A stretch of 63,926 nucleotides of DNA, counting the filler, from Patellaria atrata CBS 101060 (Eukaryota), in the NCBI GenBank assembly GCA_010093705.1. It is 13 parts of 12 records of this genome, joined end to end, with 100 filler letters (N's around TTAATTAATTAA, not from the genome) between each part and the next. Parts side by side here need not be neighbours in the genome. Positions count along the whole stretch, not along the records: positions 24,618 to 27,369 come from MU006147.1; positions 27,470 to 33,054 come from MU006148.1; positions 33,155 to 38,829 come from MU006149.1; 10 more parts are not named here. One strand, given 5' to 3'. Under the pieces are notes generated by a model. It worked only from the letters and a program-made list of their open reading frames with translations, had not been told where the DNA came from and made no database searches. Both the position numbers and the translations under genes were made by a program. Below, in pieces: positions 27,056-38,929 of the stretch. Position 1 is the stretch's first letter; the number at the start of each line of letters is the position of its first letter.

Positions 27056-27369
27056 AACTACAATGCTTAAGTGTTTTAAGGTCTAAAACACTTTTTTTTG
27101 GCGCCAAGATTCTGAAAACCGGGGGCTTAAAACACTTTCTTACTTTCAAAAGTGTTTTAAGGTCAAAATCTTCAGATATATTGCGATGCAAACCGATAGA
27201 AGGGTGCAATTGACCTAGGTGAATATTCTGATAAAGTCAGATTCGTTTATTAGCTAGTTTTTTGATGCTAGACTGTCATGTTAACATATCAGGTTGGAAT
27301 TCTTTGGATGAGGCAAATTTCCATCCGTGCGCACTGCCAAGGGCCTCCATCTCCTAGTCTAGGGGGAGA
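27056..27369 (+). mobile_element. DUF3505-element subfamily B left end, unmutated
   Basis: attCCT^AACTACAATGC; inserted in the copia ORF. Confidence 0.9.
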
Positions 27370-27469
27370 NNNNNNNNNNNNNNNNNNNNNNNNNNNNNNN
27401 NNNNNNNNNNNNNTTAATTAATTAANNNNNNNNNNNNNNNNNNNNNNNNNNNNNNNNNNNNNNNNNNNN

Positions 27470-30400
27470 TAAAAATATAATTAATAAAAAGTATTAATTA
27501 ATTAAAAAAGAAAATTATAATTATTTTAATAAAAATAATTAAGTTTATAAATTAAAAATATTAACTTTAATCTTTAAAAGATAAAATTAAAACTATTAAA
27601 TTTAATAAAAAAAGAAATATTAAAACTCTTTAAAAAATTAAAGTTAAAATTAAGTAAATAAATTAATATTATTAAAATTTATATAAATATCTATTTAATT
27701 AATAAAAAGAATTATCTATAAAATATAAAATATAAATATATTATTATAAATATTATAAATTTATATAAAATTAACTTTTTAATATAAAATTAATTTATAA
27801 AAGATAAAAACTCTTTAAATAAAGATAAAAATATTTATAAAATAATAATTTATAAAAAGTTATTTAAAAAGTATTATTATTTAATTTATATATTCTTAAA
27901 ATTTATATTAAATAAACTATTATCGTTTAAAGAAAATATAGATTATAATATAATATTAAATTAAAATAATAATTTTATTATTAATTCTTTATATAATATA
28001 TCTATTAAATATTTATAGCTAATAAAGAATTATTTAAAGAAATATTTTTAAAATAAATTTATTATTTTAAATAAAATATTATATATATTTTTAATATTAT
28101 TTATTAAAAAGTTAAGAAAAGATTAAAGATTTTATATTAATTATAAAAAGTTAAATAATATTATTAAAAAAAATAAATATCTATTATCTTTAATCGAAAA
28201 AATATTAATATATCTTTAATAAATAAAGATATTTATAAAACTTAATATAAAATAAGTATTTTATTAAATTTAAATAAAGAAATTAATCGAAAATCTTATT
28301 ATTTTCTAAATAAAATATAAATTATTTAAATATAGAATATTATCTTTTAAATTATATAATAATTTAGTCTTATTTTAATAATTTATTAATAAAACGTTTT
28401 TTTAATATCTAAATAATTTCTATATAATATATATTAATAATATATTAATTTACTTTAAATATTTATTAAAATATTAAATCTATATTATAAAAGTATTAAA
28501 AGTATTAATTAAAATTAATTTATAAATTAATATTAAGAAAAATAAGTTTTATATAATAAAGATAAAATTTCTTAACTTTATTATTAATATTAATAAAATA
28601 GCGATAAATTTAGAAAAGATTAAAATAGTTTAAAACTAAAAATTATTAATAAATATAAAAAAGATTTTATTATTTAATAGATTTTATAACTTTTATCGAA
28701 AGTTTTTAAAGAAATTTAGATAAATTATATAATTATTAATAATATAGATATAAAAAGGAATTTAGAAACTATTTAAATAAAAAGAAAAAAAAATATTTAA
28801 AAAAATAAAAAAGCTAATTTTATTAAATTAAATATTAATATATTATAACTTTTTATTTAAGATAAAAGTTAAGTTTAATTATAATAATAAGATTATTATA
28901 ATAATTATATTATAACTTTATAAATATATTTAAAAGTTAATTATCTTTTAAATTAAAATATTATTAAAAATAGAATTAAAATATAAAATTTATAATAAAG
29001 AAATATTAACTATAATAAAAATATTTATTAAATAGAAAAGTATATTAATAAAATTATAATAAATTTTCTTTATTATAATTATTAATTATAAAGTATTAAA
29101 ATACTTTATTATAAAATAATTACTTAATATTAAATAAATTTATTAAAGTAAAACTCTTTTTAATTTTTATTTCTAAATTATATATTAATTTAAAGCTTAA
29201 AATATTATAATAAATATATTTTTCTATAAATAAGAAAATCTAAAAATAATAAAAAATAAAAATATTATAATATAAATTTAAATATTAATTAATTTAAATA
29301 TAATAATAATATCTTTTTAACTTTTAATAAAATAATAATTATTATTTAAGAAAATATTTTAAAATAGTAAGAAATATATAATCTTTAAAAAAAAAGTAAT
29401 AAAAAAATATACTTTAAAGCTAAAATTTAAGGTTTAAATAATAATAATTAAGATAATAATAATTAAGTTTTTATAAAAAATAAAGAAAATTAAAATTTAA
29501 AATTAAAAGTTTATAATAATTAAAATTTTAAAAGAAAGAAATAATATATTAAAAAAATATATTAATTTTAATTTTAAATTAAAGCTTATATTTATTTACT
29601 CTATAATTTCTATTATAATTAAAAAAGAAAAAGAAGTTAAATATAAAATAAAAAAAAGGAAAAATATATCTATAAATTTAAAATAATATATTTAAGATAA
29701 GTTTAATAAAAAATAAAAGTTATTAGTAATATATTTACTAATAAATTAAATATTAGAAATAAATTAAAAGTATAATTCTTTATTAATATATTAAAAGTAA
29801 GTTAAAATTAAAAAAAAATATTAAAAATTATAAAATAATTTATTTATTAAATTTAGTAAATTTATAGTTTTAGATATAAATAATCTTAAAATATATTATT
29901 ATAGCTATAAATTATAGGAATATATAGATAATAAGTAAGGGAAAAGAAGAAATACTATTTAAGAAAATTATAAATAAAATAAGTAATAAAGAATTATATA
30001 ATCTAGATAATAATTACTAGTTATATTAATTATAGAAAATAATTAATAATTAAAATAACTAAATAATAATTATTAGTTATATTAGTTATAGAAAATAACT
30101 AATAATTAAAATAATTAGAATAATTAAAATATAAATAACTAAATTAACTATAAAGAATAAAAATATTTAAAAATAATTTTTCTTTTATATATTTAAATTC
30201 TTTATAATTATTTTTATTATTAATTTTATTTATAGATTTAAATATTATAGTTTTAAACTTAATTTCACTTATTATATTATTTCTATATAGTATATCTTAT
30301 CTTATTATAAGTATTATCTAAAGTTAAAAAGTTAATAAGTTATATTATTAATTTAAAATACTTTTATTATATATATTTTATTACTTTACTAAATCTATCT

Positions 30401-32260
30401 TTATAGTTAATTATATTAAATAAGAAGTTAAGCGTATTTCTAAACTTATTTAGTTTTATCTTAATAAGTATAGACTCCCGTTATAATATATATTTAATAT
30501 AAAATATATATAATACACTAATTATAAAATATCTAGAAATTAAGAAAATGAAAAAACTAATTTAAATATAATATTATTAACTTAAATTAATAGTTAATAT
30601 AGATAAATATATTTAAAATTATTATATCTATTATTAGATATTTATATTAAAAAATAAAATTTCTAATTTACTAAAATTATTATTAATTAAAGATAAATAT
30701 TAATAATATATTATCTTCGACTTTAAATTATTTCTTAAAAATATATATAGATTTAAAATAATATTTATAATAGTAAATTAATTAGAAAAAAGAATAATCT
30801 TACTCTTTTATATTAAAAATATCTTAATTAAGATAATTATAAAGCTATATTATAAATATATATAATAAATATATAATATATTAAAGATAATAATATTAAA
30901 TTATAATTTATAATTTATTTTTATATTTATAAATAAACTTTATAAATTAATAAAAATAAAATAGAAATTATTTATAACTTACTATTTATAAATAAATAAA
31001 GATATAAAGATTATTAACTAATATATAAATTTATAGCTTTAACTCTTTATAAACTATTATTAGAATAATTAATTAAAGTTACTATTTATAATAAACTTTA
31101 TTTAAATTATATTAATTTATAAATTAATAAATATTTCTCTTTATAAATTAAAATTTAATTATTAACTACGAATATATTTTAATTAATAAGAGTGAATAGA
31201 TCTTAATATATATAAGATAATTTAAAAAAAGATAAATAAAGAAGAAATTTAACTATTTACGAAATATATCTATAATATCGTTAAATAGGCGAGGAATAAT
31301 TTAGAAAAAATATAGATAATATAAATAAAATTAATTAATAAATATCGGAAAAAACTAAATTTTAAATTAAAAAATTATATCTTTATCTTATATAAAGATT
31401 AAATATTAGATAGGTTAAGTATTAAACTAAATTATCAAAATATAAGTCTATATAAAATAATAGAAATAAAAAGATACTTTTATATAATTAATTTATCTAT
31501 TAATATAAAAATATCGAATATATTCTATATAAATAAATTTTATAAAGTATTAATAAACTTATTATCTAGATAACGACTAGAACTATTATCGCTAATCGAA
31601 ATAGATAATAAGCTTAAATATAAAATAGATAAAATCTTAATTAATTATATCTTTCACGGTAAATTATAGTATAAAATAAGTTAGATTAAATATAACTTTA
31701 ATAAGATATAATATTTAATTTATAACTTTATTAAAGTATTATATAAACTTAAAAAATTTTATAATTAGAGATTAATTAATATTAAACTATTAATTCGACT
31801 TAAAGAATAACTTTAAGCCTTTAAATTTAAGATAAAAGTAAAGCTATATAATAATAATAATATAGCTAAAAAGAAGGAATTTATATAAATTTTAAGATAT
31901 TATAAATAGATAATAGATTATATTATAGAATATTACTAATATTACTATAAAAATTAGAGTCGATTTTTACTATTAAAGAAAGATAATATAATAATATATT
32001 ATAATATTAATTCTATATTTTCTATATTAAGTGTTTAATTTATTTATAAAAGATCTTTATTAGGTTAAATATAAAAAAGATCTTTAAACGCTAATTAGTT
32101 AAATAGAAAATAGTTAGGCTAAAACTTAATAAGATAGAACTATTATATATAAATATTTAATTTATAATATTATTATTTTTTAACTTAATCTCTATATTTA
32201 ATAATTAGTAATAAAGATAGTTAAAATATAATTACTATAACTATATTATATTATTATAAT
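27470..32260 (+). mobile_element. Heavily RIP-mutated L3 chromovirus (RT to chromodomain, PPT, 3' LTR)
   Basis: Collinear with ~46150-50050; 3' LTR from ~31987. Confidence 0.85.
29897..30488 (+). mobile_element. Solo L2 LTR, RIP-mutated
   Basis: Insertion relative to the copy at ~48556; TSD TATAT. Confidence 0.8.
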
Positions 32261-33154
32261 AATATATCGATTAAGTATCTTTAATTAATAAAAAATTATC
32301 TAAAAAAGTACTTTTAAAAAGGATTTATTAAATTAAGCGAGATATTATATATATCTTTAATAATATTTATTAAGAAATTAAATAGTAATTAAAGATTTTA
32401 TATAAATTATTAAAAGCTTAATAATATTATTAAGAAAGATAAATATTTATTATTATTTATAAAAAAGATATTAGCCTAGCTATAATATATAAAAATATTT
32501 ATAAAATTTAATATATAATAAATATTTTATTAGATATAAATAATAAAGTAAATTAAAGATTTTACTATATTCTAAACTTAATATATATAATAATATATTA
32601 TAATATTAATTCTATATTTTCTATATTAAGTATTTAGTTTATTTATAAAAAATCTTTACTAAATTAAACGTGGAAAAGATCTTTAAGTGTTAATTAGTTA
32701 AATAGAAAATAATTAAACTAAAACTTAATAAGATAGAATTATTATATATAAATATTTAGCTTATAATATTATTATTTCTTAATTTAATCTCTATATTTAG
32801 TAATTAATAATAGAGATAATTAAAATATAATTATTATAATTATATTATATTATTATAGAAATTATAATATCTTATTATTAGTTTTTAATTATAATAGTTT
32901 ATTCTAACTAAATAATCTAATAATATTTATAATTAAATAAATTATTAATTTTATAGAACTATTTCTTATTTATAAATATATTATTATAGTTTATATCTAT
33001 TATTATAATTAATATTAACTATTTTTATTCTTTAATTATAAGGTTTATCTTAAANNNNNNNNNNNNNNNNNNNNNNNNNNNNNNNNNNNNNNNNNNNNTT
33101 AATTAATTAANNNNNNNNNNNNNNNNNNNNNNNNNNNNNNNNNNNNNNNNNNNN

Positions 33155-33248
33155 TGATTTTACCTTTCTATCGAATTATATCTGCATTTACTTGAAGATT
33201 TACCCTTTACTGATTTGCAGCAAGTTTTTTAAATCAGTAATACCCCTG
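33155..33248 (-). mobile_element. DUF3505-element subfamily A subterminal segment
   Basis: Reverse complement of 24071 to ~24164, ending in the 8-bp hAT TSD. Confidence 0.9.
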
Positions 33249-33480
33249 CAGTGTGGCCAACGATCCGTATCGATAAGGTATTAGTATTCTCGGTATTTCA
33301 TCGGTATTGTATCGAATATCATAATACCTTAACAATACTCTTGGCATTTTAAGATTTTTTAATATTCTTTAGAATTCAACTAAAATATTATCGTTTTCTT
33401 AGAAATTTAATTAAAATAAAGATACTCTTCGTACGAAGGGATTATATAGCTATGAATAACATCTATAGCTGTTCTAAGAT
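33249..33480. mobile_element. hAT DNA transposon terminus
   Basis: TIR CAGTGTGGCCAA with GTAT/CGAT-rich subterminal repeats. 8-bp TSD TACCCCTG is the reverse complement of CAGGGGTA at 38727. Inner boundary uncertain. Confidence 0.8.
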
Positions 33481-33838
33481 AGAAGGCACGAGGGCGTGCC
33501 TACGTGCCTGCCTGTCCACCTGTCTACTGGCCCACCTGCCTACCTGCCAATTTGTATAAAATACATCTTTTTTTTGAATTTCTCTTCTTCTCTTCTTCTC
33601 TCCTTCTCAATCTTTGATTTTAGTAACTCAAAGTGTAAGTACTCAGCTTAAACCTATCGTACGAAGGCTAATAAGACTATAGTATGGCCAATACGCAAGT
33701 AGTTCTCTATAACCCAGCGATCACGGCTGCCGCTCACGCGAACCGCAACCCGGTGCTACTCGTAACACAGCAGCAATTGGCTCCGTGGTGTCACAGCCCA
33801 CAGAATAGAGCACTTCTGGCCGTCGGTGGAGGTGTTGA

Positions 33839-34278
33839 TGTTGAGTTCGTACGTGACTCTATCACACCGAGCAGATTGGATCTCATAGGCAGTCATATGT
33901 CAATGGGATTCTTATCCAGTCTCGTGGAGGTGACGTTGATCTGTGAGATTGTGGGTAACTGAATGTAGTCGCTTCATTCTCCGTACAACTACGGATTCTA
34001 TCTAGTGTTTATATAATGACAGACCACCTTATTGATTAACCCTTTGACGTCACGAAGCCTAGCTACGTAATCTCCAAATCAAGGCGAACATAACGATACT
34101 ACCTACGTCAGATATAAAATAAGAGATGACATCAAAAGAGTGAGCTAATGTTATAGTTTTGGTGATACTTAACCGATAAGTCGGAGCTGAGCATTTAGCT
34201 CTGAAGATCTCCAACACGAACTCCTGGAGATCCTGACGATCTTCCAACATAAGGCTATCGGGGATCAGCTATCTGACA
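33839..34278 (-). mobile_element. Copia-type LTR family R1, probably full length
   Basis: Right ~280 bp matches 1-282. Left end inferred at TGTTGA (33833 or 33839). Confidence 0.7.
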
Positions 34279-35030
34279 ATCGATCCAGGACTATTAGGTT
34301 CGCAACATGAGAGATTTCCAGTGTCATATTTCTTGCAAACCATTTTCACGGGATAGTAGGATCGCACTATATCACACGTAGAATGCCTAGATGCTGGCAA
34401 CCTTATTTATCAAACCGGGAAAGTTATGAGGCAGCAGCGGGCGATATATACTGTACTGTTCTATATCTTGCACAAAAAAGCATAGCTACGAGTACATACC
34501 ACCTCAGTATGCGCTTGTAGAAGGGTTCCCTGCTACTTCTCATCACAGTAATCAAGCTTTCCATCTTTGTAAGTCTACTCATAGTATTACTGCTTGGTAA
34601 CTCAAGTTACTGACAGACTTTGGCGCCCAAGTCGACCGCAGTGCTTGCAATATTACTAGCCTAGCTCGAGCATTCGTATTCATCTTCCAGTCAGCATAGA
34701 CAAAAAAAAACTCATATCTCCAACTAACCTGATTTGGTACTACGCGGCGCTCCAGTCGTAAATTGTGAGCAACGATCTTGCGGCAGATAACCTCACCTCC
34801 ACCATTTGTATCGCCCAATCATATCCCTTTCCTTTGTATTGTAGCAACTCTTTCCGTTTTGCATTTTCCTTAAATTAGGCGCTTCCCACAGGTCCTTATT
34901 TTCTTAAACATTGTTTATATCTATCCATTTCTTTCTCACGCTAAATACAGGAGTTGCTTTAATGTTTCTAGTCCCGTTCTATTGTAATTCAAGCTATCGT
35001 CCATTAGCACATCCAACGATTTAAACAATC

Positions 35031-35419
35031 ATGTCCTCAAACCATACATCGATGGATAGAAGCCTTAATCTATTTCCATATGAACCTAGCCACTCCCTTG
35101 CAATAGTCTTTTCTGTTCTCGTCGGAATGTCTTTGGTTATTCACACTGTTCAAAATTTGTAAGAACTGTATAGATCCTACGAATACATAAATCATATCTA
35201 ACTTGATTCTAAAGCTACTATGGCTTCTGGCGAGTTACCTTTTTCCTGGTGTGGGCAGGCTTGGTTTTCACCGCAGGCTGGATCACAAGAGCTGTCTCAA
35301 CGTATCAAACATATAATCTCGATATCTATATCGCCCAAGCTATCCTTACTTACCTTGGACCACCAGTTTATGCCGCAGCCGAATACAACGTCCTCAGTCG
35401 TCTGATGAGCTATATCCCT
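35031..35419 (+). pseudogene. RTA1-like membrane protein gene, truncated by DUF3505 element
   Basis: Exons 35031-35158 and 35215-35419 (GT-AG intron with CTAAC branch): …LFPYEPSHSLAIVF…LGPPVYAAAEYNVLSRLMSYIP, then element start. Confidence 0.85.
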
Positions 35420-37140
35420 AACTACAATGCTTAAGTGTTTTAAGGTCTAAAACACTTTTTTTTGGCGCCAAGATTCTGAAAACCGGGGGCTTAAAACACT
35501 TTCTTACTTTCAAAAGTGTTTTAAGGTCAAAATCTTCAGATATATTGCGATGCAAACCGATAGAAAGGTGCAATTAACCTAGGTGAATATTCTGATAAAG
35601 TCAGATTCGTTTATTAGCTAGTTTTTTGATGCTAGACTATCATGTTAACATATCAGGTTGGAATTCTTTGGATGAGGCAAATTTCCGTCCGTGCGCACTG
35701 CTAAGGGCCTCCATCTCCTAGTCTAGGGGGAGAGCAAGCCTCCCTAGAAGTATTCTCTCCCAGCGATCATGCCTCTACGGAGCAGTTAGCAAGAAAATCA
35801 GTTAGAGTTATCATCATTATAGATCAGTTCAACTAGCTTTTCGACTATACATTAAGATACGGCATTATAATCTATAGAGAGTGTCGGATTGGCTGTTTAC
35901 TGACGCAGTGTAGTATATATCTAGCAGCAAGGCATGCGCACTTGACCGCAAGAAGCAGGAGAGAGATGGTCCAGTTTACGGCCGGCATCAAAGGATTTGC
36001 GATGATAGAAGATTAGGTGGTCTGGCCAGTGTTAGGTTCAGATCCGATCCTAGGATTAGCAATCTATAAGAATAGGCTTAGATATATAGTAAAAGTAACA
36101 ATAGAGGGACTGAAGGAGTACGGATATATTAATAGGGATATAAGAAATATAAAGAGCCACTATCGTAAGGAATATAGATAGATTAGCAAGTAGAGAGGAC
36201 GACTAGCTAACGGTCTATAGCTAGATAGAGAAAAGTTATAAATCTAAGGCATACACTATTAAAAGTTTATAGGAGCCGGTAAGCTAGGAAAGCTATTTAA
36301 AGTTAATAGCTAGAAGGAGGAGAAGAAGATAGATATAATAGGAAGAGATATATAAGAAGAGAAAGTTAAGATAAGTTAATAACTAGAAGAAATATTTATT
36401 AATATATCTAGCTAGTTAAAGAAGGTAGAGGAGAATTTATACTCGACTATAGAACTAGATAAAAATAAGTTTATCCCTAATATATAGCTAGATAGAATAG
36501 AATAGATAAAGTATCTTTCCGCTTTTAATCGCGCCTAGTTACGCTTATTAGTCTAAAGGCTAAGAAGAAATAAGAGGGTATTAGCAAAATTATCTTAGGT
36601 AGTTAAGACGGTGATATATAAAGCTTAAAAGTTATTAATAACTAAGGTGATAGGATTAGCATCTATAAATTATATTAATAGAAGGGAGGCGGGTAATAAT
36701 AGTAACGAGAAGCCGTTAAATACACGCTAGATAAACTTAACGATAATTAAATATAGCCGAGTTTAGGTTAATCTAATTAACTATATTTAACGGACGTTTA
36801 AGTTAAAGGTAGTGTTACTAGTAGCTAATAATAGAGATATAATAGAAGAGGACGAGGAAGGGGAAGGTTAGGAGGAGGTTATTTAGAAGAGACTAATATA
36901 CTAGCTAATAATTAGATAATAGGAATACCTATTAAAAATTATAGATATAGTTAAAGAGGATAAAAACGAGGATAATAGTAAAGGAATATAAGAAGAGGAA
37001 GAAGAAGTATATAATAAACTATTAATAATAGAAGAGAGTGAGTATTATAATAAAGCTAATAAGTATAATATAAAAGATATATTAGAAGATAAAAAAGAAT
37101 CTTAGCTAAAGAATAAAGTATTAATATTTCTATTATCTTT
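35420..37140 (+). mobile_element. DUF3505-element subfamily B, longest copy, RIP-damaged ORF from 35819
   Basis: (M)DQFN.LFDY…I(C)RECRIG…(H)LAARHAHL…PI(P)GLAI..N(G)LR(C)…H(C)RKE(H)G(W)…H(C)(Q)KF.GAGKLGKLF…NYINRREAG…NEKPLN.R; bracketed residues are de-RIP inferences. Confidence 0.85.
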
Positions 37141-37770
37141 AACTATAATACTTAAGTGTTTTAAGATTTAAAACACTTTTTTTTAGCGCTAAAATTCTAA
37201 AAATCGAGGGCTTAAAATACTTTCTTACTTTTAAAAGTGTTTTAAGGTTAAAATCTTTAGATATATTACGATATAAACTAATAGAAAGGTGTAATTAACC
37301 TAAGTGAATATTCTAATAAAGTTAGATTTATTTATTAGCTAGTTTTTTAATACTAGACTATTATATTAATATATTAGGTTAAAATTCTTTAAATAAGGTA
37401 AATTTCCGTCTATACGTATTATTAAGGGCCTTTATCTCCTAGTCTAAGGGGAGAGTAAACCTCTTTAGAAGTATTCTCTTCTAGTTATTATATCTTTACG
37501 GAGTAGTTAGTAAGAAAATTAGTTAAAGTTATTATTATTATAGATTAGTTTAACTAGCTTTTTAACTATATATTAAGATATAGTATTATAATCTATAGAG
37601 AGTATCGGATTAACTATTTACTAATATAGTGTAGTATATATTTAGTAGTAAGGTATACGCACTTAACCGTAAGAAGTAGGAGAGAGATAGTCTAGTTTAT
37701 AACCGGTATTAAAGGATTTACGATAATAGAAGATTAGGTGGTCTAGCTAGTGTTAGATTTAGATCCGATC
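37141..37770 (+). mobile_element. DUF3505-element subfamily B left end nested in its own family's ORF
   Basis: Collinear RIP copy of 35420-36049. Confidence 0.88.
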
Positions 37771-38661
37771 TATAACGGCGTAGCGGTTATAGAGAATCGA
37801 ATTAGATTGTAACTAGTATAACCTAACTATAGTGTAAAGAGATTAAGTTAAGGAAAGAAGAAGTTATAGTCGCGCGATCTACTAGTATTAAGTATATAGC
37901 GGTAGAATCTCGGCGCGACTACTATTAATAAGGGAAAGTAGGAAATGATAATCTATAATATCGTCACACTATCCCCCCCCCCTAAAAGTAGAAATCGCTA
38001 ACTAGTTACGGATTTCTACGGTAACGTTCGCCTTATCTATACTCACTTTCGATGCCTTTAAATCTGAGCTAGACCTTTCTTCTCGGCTTTATCGTCGTCT
38101 AGATATGGTTCCAGTTCGTGGTTATCGGCCCGATAGGCTTTAAGCTATATATTTAATCGGATCGGAGGCCTAGCGTCTAATAGTCTCTCGTCGTGAAACT
38201 CCTCTATCTTATACGGGGCTCCGATAAAATTTAAGGCTAGATACCACGTATCGTCGGGGTTATAACCTACCTAGCTTACTTTATATTATAGTTAACCCCG
38301 TACGATACGGCTAGCTAATACCTTATCGACTTCGTACTCCGGTTCCCCGTCAATCTCGACTAGTGGGGGTGGTTCTAGCTACTAGCCTAGAAGTGGATCT
38401 ATAGTAGCCTTTCTTAGCCTATCCGCGTGGAACACGTTCGACATCTTTATATTAGGTGGTAGGTCTACTATATAGGAGTACCCCTTTATACCGGTAATCT
38501 TATACGGTCCGGCGTTTTAGTAGTCTAGTTTAACGCTTAGTCTATCCGAAGTCTAGCCCTTCCGAGTGATAAAGACGTAGTCGCCCGGCCCGAAGTCCGG
38601 CTCTCGACGGTGCTTATTAACTGCTTTAGCTTACGTTGCTTATACCCGAGCCAAGTTCCCT
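37771..38661 (-). mobile_element. Gypsy family L4 3' end (LTR 37771-37968, PPT, chromodomain, integrase tail)
   Basis: Minus strand reads NKHRREPDFGPGDYVF…NVFHADRLRK…DGEPEYEVDKVL; matches 12911-13371. Confidence 0.88.
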
Positions 38662-38734
38662 AACTGCAATGCTTAAATCAGTAAATGTATAACTGATTTA
38701 AATGTGGACCGTGCGCACCTGAAGAGCAGGGGTA
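38662..38734 (+). mobile_element. DUF3505-element subfamily A left terminus up to hAT insertion
   Basis: ttcCCT^AACTGCAATGC…CAGGGGTA. Confidence 0.9.
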
Positions 38735-38829
38735 CAGTGTGGCCAATAATACTTTAGTATTAGATACTATCGAATACGGATTAGTATTGTATCGGATCGA
38801 TATCGATAAATACCTTAATAATACCTTAA
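38735..38829. mobile_element. hAT DNA transposon, other terminus
   Basis: TIR CAGTGTGGCCAA after TSD CAGGGGTA; subterminal sequence differs from the 33249 end. Confidence 0.8.
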
Positions 38830-38929
38830 NNNNNNNNNNNNNNNNNNNNNNNNNNNNNNNNNNNNNNNNNNNNTTAATTAATTAANNNNNNNNNNNNNNN
38901 NNNNNNNNNNNNNNNNNNNNNNNNNNNNN

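Noticed and set aside
35417..35530. DUF3505 element as a Starship or Helitron
   Set aside because: The first ORF is not a DUF3435 captain as far as I can read it, and no 5'-TC/3'-CTRR ends in an AT target are seen. This cannot be fully excluded without the right end.
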